NCBI GenBank assembly: GCA_021613535.1
Contig: CP075497.1
Span: 6,014,001-6,078,000, forward strand
From: Adineta vaga
Lineage: Eukaryota; Animalia; Rotifera
Length of the DNA: 64,000 nucleotides
Direction: 5' to 3'
Below the pieces are notes generated by a model. That model was not told the origin of the DNA. It made no database searches and saw nothing but the letters and a program-made list of their open reading frames with translations. The first letter of the stretch is position 1. Each line of letters starts with the position of its first letter. Below are positions 33,212 to 43,731 of this stretch, one piece after another. The translations under genes and the position numbers were made by a program.

Positions 33212-34669
33212 ATGTCTTACATTATCTATTTTTTCATCTTTATCGTCTCATTAACAAATGCTCAATCGTCATCCCAATCACTCTGTGCTCAACATTATCC
33301 ATATAATACTCAATATGTTCAATGTGAATGTGAGGACATTGGAATAAATCGTCTCTCATTGAAATGTCTCGGGCATTCCTATGTACCACATTTTCTCCCG
33401 AATATTCATTATGAACGTATTGATTTAGAATCATGTGCACAGGATTTACAAATTGGCGATAAAACTTTTGCAGATTTAAATATCAATACATTAGCTTTAC
33501 GTCATTGTAATTTATTTGGTTTAAATGAAGAATCATTTGCGAAAATTAATTACTTAGAAAAGTTTCTTATTGAAAATTCAACAATCAAATCTTTATCAAC
33601 ATCCAGTGGAAATTTTCAAGATATTTTTCAATCGGATTCCTTTCGTACATTAAAATCTTTAACAATAAAAAATCTTCATTATCATCAAACACATAAACAT
33701 GATAAAAAATTGAATTTAGAAGCATTATTAAATCAATTACCACAATTAACTCGTTTAGAATTAACGAATCTTCAACTGGATAATTATCGTTACGAAAATT
33801 TAACAACCATCGGTCAAAATTTAACTTATTTAAAGTTAATAAATACACATCAAACAAGTTTATTTCCTATTGAATATTTGCCATCACTTGAACGTTTAAT
33901 TTTAATTCATTTACCACAAATATTTCATACTCAACCATTAATATCATCGATTAAACAATTAAAAAAATTGAAGTATATTTATTTTACTCATAATCAATTG
34001 AAAAATATCGATGATCTACAATCAAAAACAATTGATCAAATTGATTTATCATCAAATTTAATTGAAACTATTGATGAATATACATTTGAACATGTTCCAA
34101 AACTTCGAACATTAACATTAACGAAAAATCCACTTCATTCTATTCATAAAAATGCTTTCTGTGGAATTGAAAATCTAACACTTATTTATATCAATAATGA
34201 TCACATGCATATATCACCATTAGATAATTGTCTTCTAATAACTCATCCACAATTAGATGTGAAACAAGATAGTCATACGAAATTACAATGTAACTGTCAA
34301 TTGATGCATATCTTTCGATTAAAACGAAAACATTCACGAGATATTAATAATTTATTTAATCCAAGTCATGCATGTATTGTAACGAACAATACATTAGATC
34401 AAGCAAGAAATGCCAAACAATTACAAAATCATTTGAATCTACCAATTTATATTTATGAATTAGAAAATTATTTGAATTGTTCATATACAGATGACTCTTG
34501 TGATCGTCCTTGTCAAGAGAGAAGAGTAAAATCAACAACTATAGCACCGATCAAAGTACATAAAACAAGTATTGATGTTCATAAAAAAAGTACATCTGTA
34601 TCCACGTCTTTATATTCATTTTTTTCATATACATTGTGTCTGTTGTTATTCGCTATTCGGTATTTGTAA
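33212..34669 (+). CDS. Cell-surface leucine-rich-repeat protein (signal peptide, LRRs, LRRCT, Ser/Thr stalk, GPI-like tail); candidate upstream first exons at 30799-30826 and 32015-32032
   Basis: 485-aa ORF with signal MSYIIYFFIFIVSLTNA, Cys N-cap, LRRs (IDLSSNLIETIDEYTFEHVPKLRTLTLTKNPL), LQCNCQL cap and hydrophobic C-terminus. Confidence 0.9.
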   Translation: MSYIIYFFIFIVSLTNAQSSSQSLCAQHYPYNTQYVQCECEDIGINRLSLKCLGHSYVPHFLPNIHYERIDLESCAQDLQIGDKTFADLNINTLALRHCNLFGLNEESFAKINYLEKFLIENSTIKSLSTSSGNFQDIFQSDSFRTLKSLTIKNLHYHQTHKHDKKLNLEALLNQLPQLTRLELTNLQLDNYRYENLTTIGQNLTYLKLINTHQTSLFPIEYLPSLERLILIHLPQIFHTQPLISSIKQLKKLKYIYFTHNQLKNIDDLQSKTIDQIDLSSNLIETIDEYTFEHVPKLRTLTLTKNPLHSIHKNAFCGIENLTLIYINNDHMHISPLDNCLLITHPQLDVKQDSHTKLQCNCQLMHIFRLKRKHSRDINNLFNPSHACIVTNNTLDQARNAKQLQNHLNLPIYIYELENYLNCSYTDDSCDRPCQERRVKSTTIAPIKVHKTSIDVHKKSTSVSTSLYSFFSYTLCLLLFAIRYL

Positions 34670-35697
34670 AATTATTTTATTGTCATGCAAAAAAAAAGAT
34701 TTTATTCAGAATAGAAAAATAAGATATAAATTTTTTTTTATTTCGAACGATAGGGTAATACACATTCCAATCAACCATAAGTGATTCTTCATTTTGAACA
34801 ATGTGTTCACTAGACAAGAAGATATCATTTTGAACTCTATTGACATTAACAAAAACAATTCACTAGAATAGAATGATCACTTCAATATGTCATTAGATGA
34901 GAATCAATACTTAATATCGAACTTTATTCGAAGAAAAACTATGCTCGAATATTTTTATGCACATAGGTTGCTTTTCCTCCGGAAAAAACGTTCGATCTAG
35001 TATTAAAATAACTATTACATCATTATTGTCTGTTTGCACACTCAACAGAATCGATTGTCACTTGAAAGTTCTCTTCAATTCACAATGGACTAAATGGCAT
35101 CTTTGACCCGGATGACGTTCTTTGTTTTATTGTATACTAAATTAGCGCATGCTAGTTTACTATCGGGAATACAATGCTACTCAATCAGCGAATCAAATCG
35201 AACCGTAACACTTATATTATTCTTTTGAAAGTAAAATATTGATTTGATTGTTTGAAAAATGAGTATGTATTATTCATCATATATAATCAATAAGAAGAAA
35301 AAAAACAGTTTGTTCTATTTGAATATTGAAAATGTTGTGTTTTTTTTCTTGATTTTTAATAAAGGAAAAGAAAAACGAATGATTATTGATTCTTTATTTT
35401 CTCTTAATCGTCTTTTTAAAATTTCGATATATAAAATAGAAAAGACAAAAAGAACGAATGCTTTATTTCCTCCGTCTGAAAGAGATTTCCACCTATGAAT
35501 CATTCAAATTCGTAAGAGAAAATAACAACAACAACAACAACAGCAACAGCAACAACAAGAAAATGCAAGCAGGAAAATATGAGATTGACATTCAAGCTAT
35601 AACGTAGTTTGTTCATTCAAATTGAGAAAGTGGGTAGAGAAAAAAACAAGAAACAACTATACAGAAAAAGAAGTCATTCCAAAAATTTCATTCGAAT

Positions 35698-36585
35698 TCA
35701 CTCCGGTATTGTGAATGTCATAGTTGGTTGTTGTAATGTTGGTGTTTTACCAAATGGTTTAAGATTAGGAGCAACTTTACCTTCATAATGCATTAATATA
35801 TCTTGATCAAATGGACACGATTCTTGAAACGCTTTCGTTTGATAACAACGTTCCATATATGCCCATAAAGTATTTAATTCACTAGGAATATCGAGATTTT
35901 TATAATATTTTCCAGCAATACGTATGTGTTGTAATTTGGGCATAATGTCACAATCTACAAATGTCATTTCATTTCCTGATAAAAATTTTCTTCCTGTTTC
36001 TTCAAGATAATCATTGATACGTTTAAATTCCGTTAATAAACTACGTAATTTAAATTGTTCTTGAGGATCACCTGGAAGTGATTTTAAATATGGATGAAAT
36101 TTAATATAAACATTTGAACAAACATCTTCTGCTTCTTTCGAAGAATTCATATTCATAACAGGAAAACGTTGACTTATCTCAACTTCAATATCACGATTAT
36201 CAGTGAGAACAACTTGAGATGATTTATCATCTGTTTCATGAAATACAACAACAGGTGGATTTGAATTATAAGCTTTTTTGAATTCTTGTTCAGGATTTTT
36301 CATATTAACAGGATAAACCTATGAGGAGAAAAAAACCAGAATATAATCATGTTGTTTTTTGTTCAGACATTAATATTTACAGTTAAAGCCAGTTCTTTCG
36401 CTTCAGATTTCAAATATAAAACCATAAACCATCGTTGACAGATTGGACTTGGTGAACGATGAGAGAAATCAATTTCCGATCGCTAAAAGAAATATGAATC
36501 ATCGATCAATATGAAAAAACAAAACCGTTTAACTTACAGTGACAAATAATGCCACTGATGGAACATGCGGATTGATTGGATCCAT
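35698..36585 (-). CDS. CLIC: Chloride intracellular channel (CLIC/EXC-4-like, GST fold)
   Basis: ALFVT...SPICQRWFMVLYLK, VYPVNMKNP, FLSGNEMTFVDCDIMPKLQHIRIAGKYYKN and AFQESCPFDQDI..HY motifs; three coding exons. Confidence 0.92.
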
Positions 36586-39014
36586 TAAAGATTTTAAAAA
36601 AATGATCTAGAAAAAAAACATCGACCTTTTATCGTATTTTTTCTCTCTTTGATCAGACAAGAGAAGAGACATTCACTAAAGATAAATCCATGAATAAAGA
36701 GCAAAAGGTAGACAGTAAATATCGACTAACGGAGAAGGATTATTCTCTTTCTTTCTTCCTATTGCTCAACAATATCAACACTAACTTACCTGTCGAATGC
36801 CACTAGCCGATCAAATCAAAACATACATCAATGTAAAAAAAAAGCGAGAATATAATCGTTCGCAATTTTTTTAAAGATTGACTAACTATTCTCTTCTTCT
36901 CTCTCTCTCTTTTTATTTCTCTCTGCCTTTATCGTTTCGATTCATTCTTCGATAAACGATGAAAAAGAAAAAAGCACGTCTCAAACTAATTGACAAACAT
37001 AACGTTAAAATAGATGTTCGCCTGTTGTGTAATAACCTGTTAATGATGAAGACAAAAATATCCTTTTTTTTTCTCGAGTATTCATAGAGATTCTTTTCTA
37101 AGCATCGTTGCACGAACGCACATGTAAATTGTTAAATCGTCTATGAATGGTATGTAAACACATCTGGAGATGATATTTAGTTTTGATCAAATATAAAGAA
37201 TATCAAAAAAAAGTAAATATAAAACTTCTTAATCAAGAATAAACGAATCATGGCAGACAAAGAAGTGAAATATTTGCAGACAAGTGAAGTGCACTTTATT
37301 ACTTGAATGACTCATTTTATGAGCACCTTCTCTTCTTTCGTTCGTTCGTTTCATTTTCGAAGAAAAAAACATGAGTAGATCCAATAAGAATGACTATTTC
37401 GACATAGAAGGCGCCAGTGGTTGATCTATTCTCTTTGTCAAAAATGGTTATCAAAACAATTGACAAGAGTTTTGTTATTCATTTGAACATAAATTTTTCT
37501 TTTGTTCCTCTCAACAAGTGTTGTTAATCATAAATACACCAAAGTATTCTATATGTACATTACTTATGTATAATGAAATCTTTTAAATATCTATTTACAG
37601 TTATAATAGGAAGAGAAAGAGTAGGAACACATTTTTTTTCTAGTGTTGACTATGTAAAATATGTTATCATTTGGTATTGTTTTCTTTCATAATCAGATAA
37701 AATCAACATTTGAAACTGATAATATTTACAATACATGAGAATTTTCTATTCTGGCAACTATGTTCAACAGAGTGGTAATAAACTGAAAGTTTCAAGATAG
37801 ACATAATAAAAATTAACAATAGAAGAGCATTATAACATCGATGTTACAATTACTTATAAATTGTATAACATTTTTTTTTCTCTCTTTCTCCTAAAACCAT
37901 TAAGTATAAAGTGAACTTGTTATATACAACATGATTGTTTGACTTGAAGTAATCAGAGAGTCTATTGCCATTGGCATGAACGATATTAGCAAATGAGAAT
38001 TCTTTTGAAAATTCAATTTAAGTTTCAGATTAACTGAAGAGGAAGATGAAGAAAAATGAATGTCAATTTTAAAGTTCTCTTGTTTTTCGTTATGTTTATC
38101 TCCTTACTGGAGTATAATCGTTAACATGTTCAACACAACAAATCCTGGTTGAAATCCACAGAAAGAAGTAATAGAAAAATAATGATGAAAAAGAAAACCA
38201 AACAAAAAAAAAGAAGAAAACACGTTGTTTTACCATGCTGATGTAGTAGAGTGTGCGAAGAAATAAAAAAGAACGTGAACAAGAAGGCAAAGAAAACACA
38301 CACAACTGAATAACAAACAACAAGAGCTCATCCGTTTAACAAAGGACTGAGAAAGATGATGATGAAGAAGAAAAACCAACAAATGTTAACAGCTGTGGTC
38401 TACTTACACACACGTACACATACACAAATGATGAGAGTTAATAAATGAGAAGACTGTTCAAATAGGAGTATGCTGTTTGAAATACTAAAGAAAAACAAGT
38501 AGAGAGAAATCGATCGTGCAAAGATAACGTAAATCTTGCGCGAAAATAACAACAAATACATAGATGTATTACAACGCGAGACCGGAGTACGAGATAAAGT
38601 CATGGTGAGTACCTTCTTGATTTTCCTTGAAACAAAAGAAAAAGAACCTGAGACACACAAAGAAAGAAAACAACGAATAAGTTTGTTTTTTAAACACACA
38701 AAACTAAACTACAGCAAAGTAATAGTTTTTTTCCCTAAGAGATCGCGTATGTCGAAATAATAATCAAAGAAAAACGAAACGAACTACTATTCATCGCGCA
38801 AATAGACAAGAAAAAGAAAAAGGCCGACAAAGACAGACAAACAAAAAAGGTGCGACTAGAAAAAAAAGAAAAACAAAGCACGAGGATCTAGATAGTTTCT
38901 TTTAGTTGCGCGAAATAATAACAGAAGAAGAAAAAAACAATATGAATGAATACACACACACACACAAATACACACCGGTGAACGAGAAGCAGATAAATTT
39001 GTTTATTTGCTAGT

Positions 39015-41163
39015 TTAATGCCAAGAAGTATTATGACCACAATAGATTGGATGATGACTATTATCTGGTGCGGTTGTTAATAATGGTGATGCTGGTAGAA
39101 GGTGATGATAACGTGAAGTTGATGATGTGGATGATTGTTCATCAACTGGAAATAATTTACTAAATGGTTCTAATGAACCAAATAATGATGATAATAAGTT
39201 TTCTTGAAATAGAGCAGCAGCAGCTGCTGCTGCAGCGGCAGTAGATGAACATGATGATTGAATATTAACTGCAGTTGGTGAAAAAGTATTTGTAATATCA
39301 TTAATAATTGAATTTTCTGTTGATTTTGTATTCGTTGATATATTCGATGATAATGGTTCAAGTAAAGCAGCAATATCCGATGGTTGATAAACATTTGTTG
39401 TTGAAGCTGGTGATGATGGTGGTGGAAGATCGGATGATGTTGGAAAGCGTGCATTTGAATTGGATGTATTTGAATCAATGAATGGTGATAAATCAAGATG
39501 ATGAGTTGACGATGAATTTGTTAAACTAGAACATGAAATGGAGAAACTAAGAATTTTCTACACTATTTATGTTTCTCTACCTGTCGAATATTGGTTGATT
39601 TTCATTGATTAACGTTTCTACATTATTTCGATTTGTATATGCTCCAAATGGCAATGATGAATGATGGTGATGATGATGATGATGTAAAACTGGTTGTTGT
39701 TGTTGTTGTTGAATCATTGACATCATTGCAAGATTTTGGTTGAATGTATGATGTGGTGATTGTGATTTAAGTGGAGACAATACTTTTGGTGAATTATTTC
39801 CATAAAATTGTCCATTGGAAACCGCTTGATGAGATAACAATGTCGATGGACGAGAGCGAGGTGAAGGTGGTGTAGAAAGTTCAGCTAAAGAAAAGAAATA
39901 TAGAATCAATTCATTGATACAATTCATTTTGCAACTTACAACCAAAAGATCCAATTCCAGATGTTGTCGCCGTTGGTGATGGTGATGTTTGTTGTTGTCT
40001 TCGACCTGATGCACGTGACCATTCAACAATAAGTCGTCGATCTTTCCATGTATAACCATGAAGTGTATGTAAAGCTCGATCAGCTTCAATAAATGTTTTA
40101 TATGTAACAAACGCATAATAATCCCATAGAATAACACAATCAATAACATGACCAAATGATGAAAATAAATTTTCTAAATCATGTGCTTTACAATTCTCCG
40201 GTAAATTCGTACAATATAATTTCGGAATTTCGCCATTCGTACCAATATCTTTAGGAAAAAGAGAAAGGCAAGAAATGATTTTGTAATATGTTAAATTGAA
40301 CACAAAACTTACCTGTTTTTAAATTCTTATTTGATTTTATCGAATTCATTTTATTTAATTGAACTGATAATGGCGATGGTGTCATTCTATCCATTGATAA
40401 ATTTGGGTATTGTGAATAATAGCCATTATTCATTTCTTGTGATAAGTAAAATGGTGATGGAGGACGATATGTATTCGAAAAGAAATTATTTCCATCAGAT
40501 ACAGCTGATGAATGTTGAGCATTGTAACCTGCCAGCATATCATAATTAACTTCTAAAAAATAGAATAGAAATGAATATTAAAAGATAACTGATGTTTGTA
40601 CTATATTTACCATTCGGATACTGTTGTGTGAGTGTATTTGGCTGCTGCTGTTGCTGTTGATTATTAGTTGATCCTCCTCCATTAGGTAAATGTTGATAAG
40701 TAATTGATGATGATGATGATGACGATGGTGGAGTTGACATGACCATCAATTGCTTAGGTGGTTGTGCTAATGAATTGTTTGCTTCTTTTGGTTGTGGTCG
40801 AAAACGTGATGTTGATAATTGAACAATTAGTTTTCGATTAAGAAACATCGCACCATTCGATTGATCAAGTGCACGACGTGCTAAAAGATTTTGAAAATAA
40901 ATTTTAGAAGTTTCTCACTAATCTAGCTTTACCTTCGTCCATAGTAGCATAATGAACAAATGCATATGAATTCCACATGACTAGAAAAAAAGAAAGAAAG
41001 AAAAGAGATTTCATTAAAAAGTGTTCAATTGAAAAACATTGATTCACTTACTCGCACATTCTTGTACACGGCCAAAACGTGAAAAAAATTGTTGTAATTG
41101 CTGTCGAGTTGCAGAACTCGGAAAATTTGTTACATAAAGTTTCGTTTCAATTGCAGCAGCCAT
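39015..41163 (-). CDS. Two-RRM RNA-binding protein, lark/RBM4-like, with Q/S/N/H low-complexity linkers
   Basis: RRM1 KLYVTNFP...FGRVQECAIMWNSYAFVHY...RKLIVQLSTSR and RRM2 KLYCTNLP...FGHVIDCVILWDYYAFVTY...RLIVEWSRA. The compact RRMs with YAFV RNP1 resemble RBM4/lark. No CCHC knuckle seen. Confidence 0.8.
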
Positions 41164-41661
41164 CTAAAATACATGTAAATTCAAATTATATTTCATACAA
41201 AAGATCTTGCATCACAAATCTCAAAAATTAGATATAGAGATCATTAGATGATCGGATAAACGATTACGTAGTATGAAAAGTCGTTAATCCATGATGTGAT
41301 CATGGAAAAAGTAATTCTCAGGTTTTTTATGATGATGATGAAGCAAATTTTGTACAAATGAAAAGATTTGTTCTGTGGTAGGTATATTAGTTGTTTTTTT
41401 CTTCGACGATTCATTCGTTCTTTTGAATCAACGAACGGGAATCCAGAGTTTATCTATGCAGCTGTCGAATTGTTTGTTTATTGATTATTTCGATTGTTTC
41501 AATCAATAAATTGTCTAAAATTTAGGAAAATGTCTTCACAAATCAAGTAACGTCAATATTATTCATATAGAAAATCAATGAAATTTAAACGAACGTTTTT
41601 CAAAGTACTTTTCTTTTTTCTTTCATAATTCAAATGCATAGATGATTCATTCGATAGAGGA

Positions 41662-41675
41662 ATCACCATGGTAAC
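41662..41675 (+). promoter_or_regulatory. RFX X-box (ATCACCATGGTAAC) upstream of the RNI-like LRR gene
   Basis: Fits the RYYNYY-WW-RRNRAC consensus at all positions and lies ~90-100 bp upstream of the ATG at 41764. Confidence 0.65.
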
Positions 41676-41763
41676 AGACGGTGAAAATGGTTACATGTGA
41701 TTTCGATTGATTGATGTCAATAGAATCAATTTATAGATGTTTTTGTAGCTAATCAATCAATCA

Positions 41764-43617
41764 ATGCCAGCCGGAAAGAAGAAAAAACCAACGAGACAAA
41801 ACACTGAAGTACTCGAACAGAATTCTCAATCGTTACGAAAGTTATTGAGACTTTACAATCAATGTAGTGCTGAACTTAATAGTGTTGCTTGTACGGAAGT
41901 AACGAAAGTAATTCGATCATTGATTGAAGATGGTGAACTTCTAAAAGATGTAAATATTTTTCTTTTCAACTTGATGTTTTGCGGGGAAAAAAAGGAGAAT
42001 TCTTTTTCTAGATATTTCTTCGGCCGATTCCTTTGAAAAAACAGATTGAATCACCAGATGAACTTGCACCTAATGCAGAACCGATTCCAATTGTAAGTAT
42101 TTCTAACATCTTCATGAAAGTATTCGTTCCTTCTTCTATCTTAAGCCACAAACTCACGTTCGACCACTAGTTCGTACACTCATTACCTTGCAAAATAATA
42201 CAGTGAAAGTCTTTTGTGTATGGAATATTTGTATGGATCTATTTGATTGTATCGAACTTGTAAGAAAAGTATTGAGAAACAAGAAAGATAAGAATTCATT
42301 CACTTTTAGAATGCTTTTTTAAAACTACCAACGACTGCTATTCAGACTCTTACCTTGAATGATTGTCTTCTTCAACCATATCCTCTATCACGATTGACAT
42401 TGTATGTAACTAGCAATATTCAATTGGATTGATCTTATTGTTCTTCTTTTGTTGTAGAGATTATTATATCTATGGTACTCTTCGAATATTAAATCTTGAT
42501 TATAATGAGTACATTTTTTATCTGAATAAGATATAGTATTTGTTGATGTTAAACTTTCATTTAGGTTTGGTGATGAAGGATGTTCGTTATTATATTCTTC
42601 TTTAATAGAAAATCGTGGTATCGTACGACTTTCTCTAACATATTGTGATCTTGGTCCTGCATGTGGTGAACAATTAGGTGAACTTTTAGTTCAAACTGCA
42701 ATAAGGTAAATTTACTTTTCAAATAAAATAAAATAATTTTCTCATTTTCTTTTTAGTGAAATTTATCTGGATGGAAATCGACTTGGATGTCAAGGTGCTC
42801 ATAATTTAATCAAATTATTATTACTTGATTGTGAAAAAGCACTTAGTGATAAACGAGAGAAAATTCGTGCTGAAAATGAATTAAAAGCACAAGAAGGTTT
42901 ATTTAACCACTGTACAAATTATATTGATAATTGTTTTTTTTCTGCATAGCTTTACTACGAGAACAACAAGGTCTACTAGCGGAGCCAGTTGTCGAGGAGA
43001 AAAAGAAGAAAAGTAATAAGAATTCGATATTTGTTGGTCAAAAAAGATCAATTTTTCCTTTTTTCTTTTCATTTGTAGAAAAGAAGAAGAAGAAGAAGAA
43101 ACAGTTACTAGAAGAATTACCACCATTTGGACCCATTGTAACGAAAATTCATTTATTTGATAATGAAATTGATAGTTTTCAACCAGATGGTTTGACTATT
43201 GTTCAAGAAACAATTAATGCTTATGCTCGGTTTGTTCTTTCAATCTTTCTTAACAAAGAAATCTATTTTCTGCATATTAAAGATTGATTGAAATCTCCGA
43301 GGATTTAGAAGAACTTGATCTAGATGAAAATGTCATCGGACATGTATGTGGAGGAATTCTTCTTGAAGCATTAAAAAGTCGAAAAGAAAGTAAAGATTAT
43401 TTATTCACTCATCATCTTATCGAAAAGTTTTCTGTTGCATAGATAAATTAAAAAAGATTCGAATTAATGTAAGTGAAAAAATCGATCAATATGTTTTTGC
43501 TGATATATTAAAATTCAGTGCTAAATTGAAGAAAAAACGAAAACGAGCAAAAAAGAAAGTAAGATTTTAATTCAAAATCATTCATTCAATAATATATGTT
43601 TTTATTTTTAGAAATAA
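41764..43617 (+). CDS. RNI-like leucine-rich-repeat protein with poly-Lys tracts, probably ciliary
   Basis: Spliced RNI-type repeats (LNLDYNEFGDEGC, LSLTYCDLGPACG, IYLDGNRLGCQGA, LDLDENVIG), MPAGKKKK start, KKKRKRAKKKK* end; many short introns. Confidence 0.8.
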
Positions 43618-43731
43618 TGCCTTAGAAAATCATGGATTTGTACATATAGATATCTATATTTTCTCTCTTAAAATTGTTTATTAATTATTTTAAAAAAAAA
43701 GAGCCATTCACACTTGAAAAATAAATGAGTT

